From the NCBI GenBank assembly GCA_050015475.1, contig JBEKBI010000003.1, positions 32,109-96,108 on the forward strand: DNA of 64,000 nt, read 5' to 3'. Source of the stretch: Acidimicrobiales bacterium. Lineage in GTDB: Bacteria > Actinomycetota > Acidimicrobiia > Acidimicrobiales > Bog-793. The notes beneath the pieces are model-generated. The model worked only from the letters and a program-made list of their open reading frames with translations. It was not told the origin of the DNA and ran no database searches. The position numbers and the translations under genes are program-made. Positions 52,373-62,817 of this stretch are shown here, piece after piece; the first letter of the stretch is position 1, and each line of letters starts with the position of its first letter.

Positions 52373-54169
52373 TCAGCTGATGGTCAGGACCTTGCCGGTT
52401 CCCCTGCCGCCGCCACCGGCGGCACTATTGACGACGGTGACCGACAGGTCCTTACCCGCCTTGGCGTTGGAGGCCACCTTCATGACGGCGGTGAACCTGT
52501 CCGAGCTGAGGATCTTGCCCTTGGTGAAGGTCACACCAGCGGGACCTATGAGGGTCAGCCCGGCCACGAAGCCGGTGCCGCCGATCGTCACCGAATACGT
52601 CTTGCCGGGTGACACTTTCGACGGGGACATCGCCTTCACGGTCGGGTTGGCGACGATGGTCAGAACCTTGCCAGTTCCCTCGCCGTAGCCGCCGGCGGCG
52701 TTGTTGATGACTGTCACCGCCAAGTCCTTGCCGACCTTCGCGCTCGAGGCCACCGTCATCGTGGCGGTGAATTTGGTGGAACTGACCACTTTGCCCTTGG
52801 TGAACTTCACCCCAGCAGGACCTGCGATGCTTGCTCCGCCCATGAAGCCAGTGCCTGTGATCGTTACGGCCTTGGACGCTCCGGGTACCACTGGCGACGG
52901 CGTGAGCGACTTCACGGTGGGACCGGCGACGATGGTCAGGCAACTCGTGCAGTTACCTGAGTTCGACGAATCGGTGACGCCGACGGTGGCCGCTCCGACA
53001 GTTGCCGACGACTCGACTGTCGCCTTGGCGGTGATGGTGGTGGAGTTGACCACGGTCGCCGAGGAGAAGCTGACGCCATCGACGGTAATGGTGGGCGAGG
53101 TGTCGGTGACAAACCCGGTGCCAGTGACTGTGATGGCGATGTTCGATGCTCCCTGGCCCAGGGGCGTCGGTGCGAACTTCGTCACCGTCACCGTGGAGGT
53201 ACCGATCGTGAAGGGGACCGTTGTCGACGCAGACCCGCCGATGATCGTCGCTGTAGTGCTGTCGGCTCCGGTCTCATCGCCCAGGTTGGGCACGAAGTCA
53301 GCGGTGTAGCTGTGGTCGCCGGCAGCCGGTGTGTAGGCGTAGGTGTAGCTCCCGGAGCCGGGGGTCGTTGAGTCGGCCAGGAAGGTGCCGTTGTCGTAGA
53401 ACTGGACGACACCCGCGGCGGTGGAGGGCGTCACTGTGGCCTTGAGCGTGATCTGGGTACCGGGGGCCTGAGGACTCGCTGGCAGTGCTTCCAGCGAGGT
53501 GGAGGAACCGCTGATGAGGGGAAACAGCTGGGCCCAGCCGTCGGCTGGCACACTCGTTCCGTCGACCACAGTCGCCAACGAGGTCGTGTTGTAGCCGATG
53601 TCGGCCTCCCAGTAGGTGCCGGTGTTATTCCCGGCCCCGTACGGGCCCGAGTCGGTCAGGCGGACCTGGATGATGTTGGCATAGCCGCTCGTGGTGCTCG
53701 GGGAATTCGACGACAGCCACGTGCTGATGTCCGCCGTCGAAGCAGCCGAGACCGGATACGTGGGTGCGTACGCCACGAGGTCGGCAGGCGTACCAGAAGG
53801 AAGGCTGGAAGCCGGGTCGAAGGTCGTCGTCCCGCTCTCGGCTGTGCCGGTCCAGTTGCCCGGCACGACTCCCGGCTGGGGGTTGTAGAAGTTGACAGTG
53901 GCCTTTGTGGCTCCCGTGTCGGCGGCAGTGCTGGCCACGACATAGGCGAACGGGCTGGTCAGGTCATTGGTCCCACTAGTGACCTCCGCACCGCTGGCGT
54001 TGTAGAAGGTGAGGTTCCCGTAGGGGGAAGCGGCGTTGGCGTCGGGCTCCCAGGCTGGGGCCGCCGGTACCGAAGCGGCACTGACTCCGACGGCCATCAG
54101 AGGTGCCCCCAAAACCAAGAGCGATATCCCCATCAGTACAGCTGACCTTGCCCAGCGCGATGCTCGCAT
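52373..54169 (-). CDS. Secreted protein: same novel N-terminal domain as 47759-49630, an Ig-like module, then three IPT/TIG-like repeats; no anchor
   Basis: ATG at 54169 follows GGGAAGGAAG (ORF extends to 54334). Signal peptide MRASRWARSAVLMGISLLVLGAPLMAVGVSAAS. N-terminal about 300 aa roughly 65-70% identical by eye to the WxL-like protein. C-terminus has 92-aa repeats 'PTVK.L.PS.V.PG....VTI.GTGF..G....GPAGV.FTKGK..SS..FTA...VAS.AK.GKDL.VTV.N.AAGG.G.GTGKVLTI'. Confidence 0.75.
   Translation of the reverse strand: MRASRWARSAVLMGISLLVLGAPLMAVGVSAASVPAAPAWEPDANAASPYGNLTFYNASGAEVTSGTNDLTSPFAYVVASTAADTGATKATVNFYNPQPGVVPGNWTGTAESGTTTFDPASSLPSGTPADLVAYAPTYPVSAASTADISTWLSSNSPSTTSGYANIIQVRLTDSGPYGAGNNTGTYWEADIGYNTTSLATVVDGTSVPADGWAQLFPLISGSSTSLEALPASPQAPGTQITLKATVTPSTAAGVVQFYDNGTFLADSTTPGSGSYTYAYTPAAGDHSYTADFVPNLGDETGADSTTATIIGGSASTTVPFTIGTSTVTVTKFAPTPLGQGASNIAITVTGTGFVTDTSPTITVDGVSFSSATVVNSTTITAKATVESSATVGAATVGVTDSSNSGNCTSCLTIVAGPTVKSLTPSPVVPGASKAVTITGTGFMGGASIAGPAGVKFTKGKVVSSTKFTATMTVASSAKVGKDLAVTVINNAAGGYGEGTGKVLTIVANPTVKAMSPSKVSPGKTYSVTIGGTGFVAGLTLIGPAGVTFTKGKILSSDRFTAVMKVASNAKAGKDLSVTVVNSAAGGGGRGTGKVLTIS
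52379..52930 (-). repeat. Two tandem 276-nt coding repeats (92-aa IPT/TIG-like modules), followed by a diverged third copy
   Basis: 'gatggtcagRaccttgcc' recurs at 52379, 52655 and 52931, an exact 276-nt period. Confidence 0.85.
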
Positions 54170-54294
54170 GCGGCTTCCTTCCCGTTGAATTCTTTGCGAT
54201 CCGAGCGAGGATTCTAGGAAGCCGACTTGACCGTCCGATGTAGAGCAGGCAACGGGAAGATTCCAAGCAGGTGAATTCGATCTATCACGATCGA

Positions 54295-54969
54295 TCAGCT
54301 GTGCTTGAGGACCGTATACTCCGCGTCGGCCCACGACCCAAGCTCGACTGGCGCCACGGCTGGTTCCGGGGTTGCGTACGCGATCTGGAAGTAGAAGTTG
54401 TGGGCCGTGTCGACGATGGCGTGGTAGTAGCCGCCGTTGTAAGCCTTCGTGCCGTTCGCCTCGACAGCTCCCGGAACGCGAGGGAAAGGCGCGAGCGTGG
54501 CGCCTGCGTAGCTGAGTGTGCTCGGTTTCGTCTCGGCGAAGTAGGCGCTGGCGCCTTTAGAGGACTTGAACTCGATCACAGTGACGATCAGCCCTTCGCC
54601 CGTATTCGCGTTCACGTAGCTCTGTTTGAAGCCGGCGACGAACCCGAACTTCGACGGCGACCGCACTCCGCCGAACTCATCGAACAGGGTCGGGGTTATA
54701 GCGCCCGAGGAATGCGCGGTGGGGTCGATCTCGTAGCCGTAAGGGGCTGGCAAGATCCTGGTCGTCAGCTGGCGCGCGGTCAACAGCCCTGGCGCGGTGA
54801 CCGCCTTGGGACCGGAATTGCACCCCGTGGCCGCCAGGACCACGATGAAAACAAGGACTGCAAAGCCCAGCCGGGTCGGCCGGATTCTTGATGCGCGACT
54901 ACTTGAGATGGCATCCAGATCGGTGGGCATAATCGGCGCGTCCTCTAACGGGGTGTTCGTCGCGGACAT
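54295..54969 (-). CDS. Lipoprotein of unknown function
   Basis: Lipobox 'VVLAATGCNSG'. Start may be MPTDLDAISS at 54930. No family recognised. Confidence 0.6.
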   Translation of the reverse strand: MSATNTPLEDAPIMPTDLDAISSSRASRIRPTRLGFAVLVFIVVLAATGCNSGPKAVTAPGLLTARQLTTRILPAPYGYEIDPTAHSSGAITPTLFDEFGGVRSPSKFGFVAGFKQSYVNANTGEGLIVTVIEFKSSKGASAYFAETKPSTLSYAGATLAPFPRVPGAVEANGTKAYNGGYYHAIVDTAHNFYFQIAYATPEPAVAPVELGSWADAEYTVLKHS

Positions 54970-55268
54970 TTCGGCGGCAGGATAACACGGGCCGACATGA
55001 TCGACGCATTGCCCCGCTTTGGCTCCTCTCCCTCTTCAGGACCCTCCGTGTGGAAGTGGCGTTCCCGGAGTACCTCCCGCCACCCGGCCGACTGACTGTC
55101 GCGATCCGCCTCGCGGCTCACCCCCCCGCTCGGCACAAGGGTCGACCCAACCCGTGCGGTCGCTCATGGCAGAGCTCTGCATCTTCCCCATTACGGTGGC
55201 CGCACTCGCAGTAGGGCGTCGGCTACGAGCGGCTAAAGTCACGGTGCGTGGTTGTCGATGCACTCTAA

Positions 55269-55712
55269 GTGATCATTGCTTGCCCCGTGCCCGCCAGGAC
55301 TCCCCCCGTCAAGCACCACAGCCCCTCAAGAGGTGGGACGCTGATTCGTCGGGTGACCGTCGGAGCCCTCCTGATTGGAGCGGCCGTGCAACTCGGCAGC
55401 CCGGCCGCGCAGGGAACCCCGAGCGCGTCGCACCTGAACACCGGCCAGAAGGCCGTGATGTGTGCGGTCACTAGCCGGAATGTGCCAGACACAAGCGCCA
55501 ACGTCACTCCCGTGGCGGCAGAGCCAGGCGCGCAATTGCAGGTGACTGTTCCGCCAGTGGTGTTCGTCACCGTCAAGTCCGGCGTGCTGCAGGTCACGAC
55601 CAACACGGGCCTGCCTCCCGCGGCAACGGACGAGTTCTACCTGATCCGCGGCGACCAGGCTGACCGCGCGCCCGCGCGCGTGATCGAAACGGTCCTGCGC
55701 AGTTGCCGCTGA
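55269..55712 (+). CDS. Possible small secreted protein, unknown function
   Basis: 147-aa ORF with an internal signal-like segment 'RRVTVGALLIGAAVQLGSPAAQG' and a beta-rich remainder. True start unclear. Confidence 0.4.
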   Translation: MIIACPVPARTPPVKHHSPSRGGTLIRRVTVGALLIGAAVQLGSPAAQGTPSASHLNTGQKAVMCAVTSRNVPDTSANVTPVAAEPGAQLQVTVPPVVFVTVKSGVLQVTTNTGLPPAATDEFYLIRGDQADRAPARVIETVLRSCR

Positions 55713-55876
55713 AGGCCGCAAGGATGGGCAGTCCGCCCTCCTCGAAACACGCATAGCCGTCCGACAGCGGGGTGCCGAGCCCGACCTTCTGGCCGAGGCC
55801 TGCGTATCTTGAGCGCCGAACGACCTCCGGGTCAGGCCTTCGCGTCAGGCCGAACTCGCGTGCCCCCGAGCCGAAG

Positions 55877-58774
55877 CTAACTCTGCTCGGCGGGACAGGT
55901 GATCGTGAATCTGAAAACGTCCTCGGACGCCGCGTTGGCGAACCCCTGGGTGTACAGATCGAAGTCCATGGCATTCGAGGTCGGCCCGCCACCGCTCATC
56001 TCAGGCGGATCAGTCGTGAACGACACCGTGGCTCCCGGAGGATTACCGGCCACCCTCTCGACCCAGCCTTCCACGTTGCCCGTCCAGTCGGTCGATTGCG
56101 AGGATTCGCCATACGAGACCACAACCACGGTCCCGACCGGGCCTGTGACAACAACCGTTCCCGATATGCCTGGAATCGGCAGGCCGTCTGGAGCCGTAAA
56201 TACTCCACACGTCACTTTCTCAAGCACCAGTGTTCCTCTCGGTGGCACGATCGTCGTCGAAGGTGGCGGCGAGGTAACCGTCGTTGAGGTATGGGCGGCT
56301 GTACTCGAGGGAACTGTTGTGGTGGTTGTTGCCGGGGGCGCAGTGATGAAGACGGTCGCCCACTTGCACGCCTCAAACCCGACGGCGTCGTCGACACAGA
56401 TTAGATAGGGATAAGTCCCCGGCTCCGGCTCGTTGGGGAACATTCTGCTTGGAGCGCTCCTCAACCAGGCCTGGTCTCCGGACATGTTGCCGAACGAACT
56501 TGTGCTTGGCGCGCCCGAATCGATTGTCACCAGGTGCATCCCTAGCGGCAGTCCCGTGCCAATTGACTCGCGCCCCCAACCCTCGGTGTACTCGTACGGC
56601 GGGATCCCGCCGGTCGGGTCTTCGGCCACCAATTTGTTGCACGTCCCGGGGCCCGCCGGGCATTCCACGTCGGCCACGGTCCCCACGTCTGGCGGGGCGT
56701 GCAATACCGTGATCAAAAGACCGGCAATCGTGACGGCCTTCTTCGGGCTCGATGAGTCGGACAGGACAATGTCGAATGGGCCGCTATAGACGCGGGGCGC
56801 GTCGCCGACCATCGCCCTGCCGTCGTAGATGAGGTTGCACTTATTCGACAACGAGAACATGGGGCCGATCCCGCCGCTCGTGATACGGCAGTGGAAGGGC
56901 GCCGTTCCATCGCTCGCCGCGAAGTCGACCCGGCCCGGCTGACCGTCGACGAACACGATCGCCGATGGCGCCTGCACGTACAACTCGCCCGCCATGACCG
57001 TGATCGTGCACGGGATCGGTGAGATGAGCGGCGCAGGCAGGCCGGTCAGGTTGTCTGGAGACGCGGCAAACGCGTCGATGCCGTCTTGAAGGCGTTTGGT
57101 CGTCGCGTCGTCGGGGAGCTTGAACGATGCCGCCACCAACACCGGACCGGCACCGTCCATGCCGTTCAGATTCCCATCGCTCAAGTCAGAAGCTATGTCC
57201 TCCATTAGCGCGCACTCGGTGACGCCGATGTTGCTCGCCTCTTCGTCGAGTCCGGCCAGGACCAGTCCCGTCTCACGGTCCTCAAAGGTCGCTTCGTCGG
57301 CTGGCAGCTCAGTGGGCGAGACGTCGGCCGGCTCGGGGTAGACGTCGGTGAGCGAGGGGACGTTGATTTGGCGTGCCACCGCACCGAAGGAGACCTCCAC
57401 TGCCGTCCCCAGGGAAGCGCCGCCTGCCAGGAGCGTGAGCACCCGGGTGGCAGCGAAGGTCGTGAGCGGCGTGAGCGCTGAGTAGTCGACACCGGAAGTG
57501 AGGATGGTTTCGAGCGACTCGCCCAGCCGGGCGCGAATCAAGGTGTGAGTGATCTCATCGACGTAACTGCCGCCCTTGGTCGCAACCAGAAGTGCCTCGT
57601 CAAAGTGACGTGAGACGGTCGCCACGAACGTCCCGTTCGCTCCTGTCTTGGTGACAGCGAGGATCGGACCCAGCCTGCCGTCGGGGCCCAACTCGAACAC
57701 CTTGACGGTCGCGCCCGTCAACGGGTTCGACAGCGCGGCTGCACCGGTGATCTGCACCGACGAGGGAAGACCCGCGACGATCCCGCCGACAACCGCTCCC
57801 GCCCCGACAGCACACATCGGCGCAGCCAACAACGAAGCACCCAAAGCTGCGACCGCTCTTCTTCCCGTTGCTCCCGCATGTACACCTGGCAAGCGCAGCC
57901 TGGCCCCTAGGGAGACCATGTGAACCTCGACGCCGTACGGGTTCGCCCAGGCCAGGGCGACTGCGACCGCACCTGCGAAAGCTATGGCAACGGATAAAGG
58001 CCAAATCCCGAAGAACCCGACGCAGAACACCCCGACCGCAAGAGCAATCGAGCGCAGGAGACGACTCTTGGCCAGCCACGACACCACCACCGCGGCCGCG
58101 TACGCGAGAACAAGGGAGGTGGCCGCCAGGGCCGGCCAGCAAACGAACTTGTACCCCGCGAAAGCCCACACCGGAAACACGTCCCCAGCCGTCGTGAGCA
58201 CAACCGGGACGGTCGTCAACGCCAGCAGCGTGGCGGTCCAAGCGAGGAAGAGGAGCAACGCATGGACACAACGGGTACACCAACTGCGCAGGAGGCGGCT
58301 CCCGGAGATCAGGGAGAAGGAGCCCAAGAACAGGACGACGGTCGCGAGCAACAGGCCGGAGCTCACTCCCATACGACCCCCGTCCACCGTTTCGGTCGGA
58401 AGGCCCTGGACCGAGGGAAGCACGAGAACTCCTGCCATGGTCGCCCCGATCATGGCCAGGACCGTCAGGTGTTCGACTACGGCTGCCGCGCACAATGGCT
58501 GGTTGACTTGTCTTGCTCCCGAACTCTCCGAAGTGGAGCTCTCCGGCAGGGAGCCGGTCACCATGTTCGGCGCGGCCGTGACCGGTGGAGGTGCATCCTC
58601 AGTTAGTTGGCGACCACACGAGGCACAAAAGCGCGATCCAGGATCAGCGGCCGCACCGCAGTCCGCACAACTACCGGGACTGGCCACTGACCGCTCCCGA
58701 CTCTCGGCCTGGCCGGATGTCACCCGTGGCTCTGAGGCCGAGGCCGACGAGACAAGGTGGGACAGCCGGCCCAT
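55877..58774 (-). CDS. 965-aa membrane protein: N-terminal cytoplasmic zinc-ribbon, about 8 TM helices, large extracytoplasmic domain with Thr/Pro linker; unknown function
   Basis: 'CADCGAAADPGSRFCASCGRQL' zinc ribbon. Hydrophobic block from about aa 100 to 340. Ectodomain of about 600 aa containing 'APPATTTTTVPSSTAAHTSTTVTSPPPSTT'. No family recognised. Confidence 0.7.
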   Translation of the reverse strand: MGRLSHLVSSASASEPRVTSGQAESRERSVASPGSCADCGAAADPGSRFCASCGRQLTEDAPPPVTAAPNMVTGSLPESSTSESSGARQVNQPLCAAAVVEHLTVLAMIGATMAGVLVLPSVQGLPTETVDGGRMGVSSGLLLATVVLFLGSFSLISGSRLLRSWCTRCVHALLLFLAWTATLLALTTVPVVLTTAGDVFPVWAFAGYKFVCWPALAATSLVLAYAAAVVVSWLAKSRLLRSIALAVGVFCVGFFGIWPLSVAIAFAGAVAVALAWANPYGVEVHMVSLGARLRLPGVHAGATGRRAVAALGASLLAAPMCAVGAGAVVGGIVAGLPSSVQITGAAALSNPLTGATVKVFELGPDGRLGPILAVTKTGANGTFVATVSRHFDEALLVATKGGSYVDEITHTLIRARLGESLETILTSGVDYSALTPLTTFAATRVLTLLAGGASLGTAVEVSFGAVARQINVPSLTDVYPEPADVSPTELPADEATFEDRETGLVLAGLDEEASNIGVTECALMEDIASDLSDGNLNGMDGAGPVLVAASFKLPDDATTKRLQDGIDAFAASPDNLTGLPAPLISPIPCTITVMAGELYVQAPSAIVFVDGQPGRVDFAASDGTAPFHCRITSGGIGPMFSLSNKCNLIYDGRAMVGDAPRVYSGPFDIVLSDSSSPKKAVTIAGLLITVLHAPPDVGTVADVECPAGPGTCNKLVAEDPTGGIPPYEYTEGWGRESIGTGLPLGMHLVTIDSGAPSTSSFGNMSGDQAWLRSAPSRMFPNEPEPGTYPYLICVDDAVGFEACKWATVFITAPPATTTTTVPSSTAAHTSTTVTSPPPSTTIVPPRGTLVLEKVTCGVFTAPDGLPIPGISGTVVVTGPVGTVVVVSYGESSQSTDWTGNVEGWVERVAGNPPGATVSFTTDPPEMSGGGPTSNAMDFDLYTQGFANAASEDVFRFTITCPAEQS

Positions 58775-59088
58775 GTCGACCTTGTCCAGTCGCGTGATCT
58801 CCCCAACCGTCGAGCCACGTGCTGTTCGGGAACAAGCTGCCCCACGTGGCCCACCGCCGTAGGCTCCGGATCCTCATCCGTCGGCCAGCTTACGACTCCC
58901 GATGACGCCAAAGGTGCCAAAATCTCCGGCACCCGACCACGCGCTCGAGATAATGGCGCTTCCGGGCCAGATCTTCCGGTAGCTCGTGTCGCGACTGAAA
59001 AGGGACAGGGACTCACCGTGGTTAGGCAAACTTCCCGGGTTGCTTAACACTCCGGTCCGCCTCGGGACAGGCGCCCGTGGTAGCGCCC

Positions 59089-59622
59089 TTATTCCCCCGA
59101 GACTGCCGCGTCCAGGTCGGCGGCCGTGAGAACGGCGGTCACAGTGAGCCCCGCGGCGCGAAGCGCCTCATGGGTGCCGTCGCTCCGATCGATGACGCAC
59201 AGCACGTGGTCCACTCTCGCGCCTAGGCAGCGGAGATCCTCCGTCGACTTGATGACCTGACCGCCTGTAGTGATCACGTCTTCGACGACAAGCAGCTTCC
59301 GGCCGGCTATATCGCGTCCTTCGGCAAGCTTCGCTGTCCCATAGGTCTTCGCGGCCTTGCGGACGAAGACCACTTCAAGTCCGGTGGCCATCGAGAGCGC
59401 GGTTGCAATCGGGACGCCGCCGAGCTCGAGGCCGGCGAGCACCTCGGTGCCGGGAGGTATGAGCCCTAGCGCATGCGCGACGACCTCCCGCAGCAGTGCT
59501 GGATCCCCCTCGAACAGGTACTTGTCGAAGTAATGGTCGGAGACCTGCCCCGACCTGAGGGTGAAGGTCCCTTGGAGTCGGCAGCGGTCGTTGACGGCGG
59601 AGGCGAGTGACGGCTTGTCCAT
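59089..59622 (-). CDS. pyrE: Orotate phosphoribosyltransferase
   Basis: 177 aa. 'GTFTLRSGQVSDHYFDKY', 'GLELGGVPIA', 'KLLVVEDVITTGGQV'. Confidence 0.9.
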   Translation of the reverse strand: MDKPSLASAVNDRCRLQGTFTLRSGQVSDHYFDKYLFEGDPALLREVVAHALGLIPPGTEVLAGLELGGVPIATALSMATGLEVVFVRKAAKTYGTAKLAEGRDIAGRKLLVVEDVITTGGQVIKSTEDLRCLGARVDHVLCVIDRSDGTHEALRAAGLTVTAVLTAADLDAAVSGE

Positions 59623-59722
59623 TGCCGCCAGTCTGCCGCGACTGGGCGCGACCGCGAAGGATCGGCCCCGTCACCCGAGGAACTCCAGCTTGACAGCGAA
59701 GAGGACCGGACCCCGGCTCAGC

Positions 59723-61630
59723 TCAGCCCTTGGTGAAGTACCACTCTTCCGGGTTGATGAATCCGTAGGCGTTGGGCACGAAGCCGTGAAGGTTGGACTG
59801 AAGCGCCACCAACGTCCCCGGGCTCGGCTGCCAGAAGTTTGGCAACTCGAGGCGTACCTGGTCCTGGTACGCGTCGAGGGCGCGTTGGGCATCTGCTGCC
59901 GAGGCGATGGTCGTCGCGGCAATCAACTTGTCGGTGACCGGATTCGAGTAGTTGGCCACGTTGCCGAGCGCGCCGGTCTCGAATATCTCCTCCCCGCTCG
60001 GGTAATGGTCCGGCTCGAAGACCCATCCGGCCCCGTACTGGCCGAGCTCCCAGCTGCAGGCGGCCTGGCTCGGCGTGCAGCTCTCGATCGTCTCGGTGAT
60101 CGTGGTCGGCGGCACCAGTTTGAGGGTGATCTCGATGCCCACCTCCTTGGCCACCGACTGCAAGTCGACCATGGAACCGTCCGTGTACGGCAGCCCGCTC
60201 GGGTACATGAGCGTGAAGTTGAGCCCCTCACCCGCAACTATCCCGGACCCGCATTCGTGTGGACCCCTGCCCGGACGGACACAGGTCGTCACCCCGTTGG
60301 GGACCACCTTCCAACCGTGGCCGGTGAGTATCTCCTCCGCGGCCGGGACGCTGAACGGATACGGGTTTTCTCGGGCATTCGCGTCCGCATAGGGGTTCTT
60401 CGGGCTCGCGGGCACAGGTCCATAGGTCGGGACGCCCAACCCGCCGTAATAAGCGCGAATCCAGCCTTGCTGGTCGACCAGATGTTGGAAGGCCTCGCGG
60501 AAGTACAACTGGCGCAAGATCGGACCGACCGTCGGGTTGTTGAAGTTCGGCTCGAAGTAGTCGAACTGGAACGGGTACCAATCCAAGAGCTGATAGCCCT
60601 GCGCTTTGAGCGACGCCGATTGGACCAGGTCGTAGTCAGGCACATAGCCGACGGACATTTCGTCGCCGGAGGCATCGGAGCCCGGTCCACCGACCGCCGA
60701 GCCGGCTCTGAGGACCAAGAACTCGGAGGCCGCGCTCGTGAAGGGAAGCTCCACGAATTTGGCCAAGTGCGGCTTGTTCGGTCCCGAAAAGCGCCGGTTC
60801 GGAACGAAGGTCGCGTAGCCGTCGTCCGTCAGCGTCACGAGTCTCCACGGCCCGTCGACGACCGACCAGATCGGGCTCGACGCGTAGGTTTGGATGTCTT
60901 TGGCTTGCGAGTTGAGGAAGTTGTAGACGGCCCGAGCGCCTGACGATGTCGTGTCGGGCAAGCGGGCTTGTCCTTTTGAGGCAGTGGTCGCGGAAAACGA
61001 CGTGCGATCCCAGGCGAGCGGCAGCGGCGTTATCTGTGACAATTCGTTGTACGTGTACCAGGTGGGGTTGTAGCTGGCGTTGAGGCGCAGCCGCACGGTT
61101 CTCGCGCCGATCGCTGTCGCCGAGGTCACGTTGTCAGGGAATCCCCCAGGGACGTAGGAGGCCCAGTCGTCAGTGTTCGCCCTCAACAAGTTGATCCAGA
61201 ACACGACGTCCCTCGCGCTCACCGGCTCACCGTTGGACCAGAGGTAGCGCTTGAGTGTGATCGTCACGACCCGGTTGCCGTCGCTGAACCTGGGCGGGTT
61301 CCCGATCGAGAGCGGATAGTCGATCGACGTACTCCCCTTGTCGCCGAACCAGTACAGGGGCTCGTAGAGAAGGGTCTGGAAATCGGACGTGTTCGCGTCG
61401 GTGAAGTACTCCCCTGGCACGAGCGGGAAGATGTAGTCAGGTGGCGTCTCCGGCTGCTCCGCGAAGTAGGCCGTCCCTCCTTCTGCCTGCGTCCCGTTTG
61501 TCGTCGTGGTGCTGCTCAGGGTGGATCCGGGCCCAGCGGCTGGGGAGCTACATGCGGCGACTGAGAGGGAGGCGAGTGCCAACGGGACAAGGATCATGAC
61601 GACCCTGAGCCGCCTCGGTTCTCGGCCCAT
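59723..61630 (-). CDS. ABC transporter substrate-binding lipoprotein, family 5 (peptide/nickel, DppA/OppA-like)
   Basis: ATG at 61630 follows GGAGGGGG. Lipobox 'LSVAACSS'. Family-5 style blocks ('LYEPLYWF', 'TITLKRYLWSNGEPVSARDVVF', 'GPWRLV...', 'VPNRRFSGPNKPHL'). ORF extends to 61765. Confidence 0.82.
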   Translation of the reverse strand: MGREPRRLRVVMILVPLALASLSVAACSSPAAGPGSTLSSTTTTNGTQAEGGTAYFAEQPETPPDYIFPLVPGEYFTDANTSDFQTLLYEPLYWFGDKGSTSIDYPLSIGNPPRFSDGNRVVTITLKRYLWSNGEPVSARDVVFWINLLRANTDDWASYVPGGFPDNVTSATAIGARTVRLRLNASYNPTWYTYNELSQITPLPLAWDRTSFSATTASKGQARLPDTTSSGARAVYNFLNSQAKDIQTYASSPIWSVVDGPWRLVTLTDDGYATFVPNRRFSGPNKPHLAKFVELPFTSAASEFLVLRAGSAVGGPGSDASGDEMSVGYVPDYDLVQSASLKAQGYQLLDWYPFQFDYFEPNFNNPTVGPILRQLYFREAFQHLVDQQGWIRAYYGGLGVPTYGPVPASPKNPYADANARENPYPFSVPAAEEILTGHGWKVVPNGVTTCVRPGRGPHECGSGIVAGEGLNFTLMYPSGLPYTDGSMVDLQSVAKEVGIEITLKLVPPTTITETIESCTPSQAACSWELGQYGAGWVFEPDHYPSGEEIFETGALGNVANYSNPVTDKLIAATTIASAADAQRALDAYQDQVRLELPNFWQPSPGTLVALQSNLHGFVPNAYGFINPEEWYFTKG

Positions 61631-61875
61631 CACACCCCCTCCCCGCTCCATGCGACCACTACCGAGTCTAAGAAACCCATTTCTTGCCGATTCTTCCCGC
61701 AGTCGGAAGTCCGCGGGCAACTCTTGAGATTGCGAAGACAGCGAGGAACAAAACCGAACCTCCAAGAGCCGGTCCGCGACCCTAGCCCAGCATGCCGTGA
61801 AGGCCGGCCACGCCGAACTGAGGACCGCTCAGGGCGCGCAAGCGCGCAAGCAGGTGGCCACTCGACTCGAGCGGC

Positions 61876-62715
61876 TCAGAGCCAGACCCGCTCGTTGCCG
61901 CTCACGACAAGATCGAAGGACTCGACCGGGCGCACGCGGGCAAAGTAGTCCCTCTCCGCAGCCAACCAGTCGTCATCCCAGTCCGCTGGAGCGATCAGGT
62001 TGTGGAGGCGGCGGAGGCGCTCCGGCTCGTCAGTGTCCACGTATATCGACCTGCCGACGATGTCCCCTAGTTCCGGCGCGCTCGAGTACACGCCCTCGAG
62101 AAGAATCAGGTCGCCTGGCTCCGCCCGCGTCTCCGAGCCGGTCAGATCTCCGATGTCCCAGTCGAAGGCTTGGAACACGGCCAACCGGCGGGCCCGAAGA
62201 GGCTCGAGAGCATCGCACCGCATGCGTGCGACGTCGTAGTACCGCCCGAGCAAGAGACCGCGCTCGTCTCGGTTGGCCTGCACCCCGGATGTCGGCCCCA
62301 CCCCGGGGCGTGCCGGCGCGCTTAGTGCTCGCCCTATGAAGAAATCATCGGTATGGACGACGCTCACCCCGGTTGCCGCGCGCAACTTCTCCGCCACGGT
62401 CGTCTTCCCCGAGGCGCCGGGACCGTCTATCGCCACGAACGTGACCGAGTCGTCCGCCTTCGCCCAACGGCTGAGCGCGGAAACGGCAGTAGTCAAGGCT
62501 TCACTGACCGCGGCGTCGCAAGGGTCCACGTGCCGACCTGTCGGGTTGGGTCCCAAGCTCGCTCCAGTCACAGCACTAGCTTGCTCCGCTTGTGAGCAAG
62601 AGAGCGAGGCAGGCAGGTCACGACGGTACCGATCAGCGCATTTTCGAGGCGTCGCGCCATGTACCTGCTGCCACGCGATCCGCCTCCTCCGCCGCTTGTC
62701 CAAGCAGGCAACCAA
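61876..62715 (-). CDS. P-loop NTPase, uridine-kinase-like
   Basis: 'FVAIDGPGASGKTTVAEKL' Walker A, 'DLILLEGVY'. The N-terminal about 60 aa of the ORF look non-protein-like, so the start may be GTG near 62529. Confidence 0.6.
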   Translation of the reverse strand: MVACLDKRRRRRIAWQQVHGATPRKCADRYRRDLPASLSCSQAEQASAVTGASLGPNPTGRHVDPCDAAVSEALTTAVSALSRWAKADDSVTFVAIDGPGASGKTTVAEKLRAATGVSVVHTDDFFIGRALSAPARPGVGPTSGVQANRDERGLLLGRYYDVARMRCDALEPLRARRLAVFQAFDWDIGDLTGSETRAEPGDLILLEGVYSSAPELGDIVGRSIYVDTDEPERLRRLHNLIAPADWDDDWLAAERDYFARVRPVESFDLVVSGNERVWL

Positions 62716-62817
62716 GGACCATCGCTCGCAACGGGAGCTTCCTGGCCCGGCCTATCCTGGGGACGTGCCGGCAACCCGCATGCCCACGGGCAGCTCGCTG
62801 ACCATGACAGAACTGCT

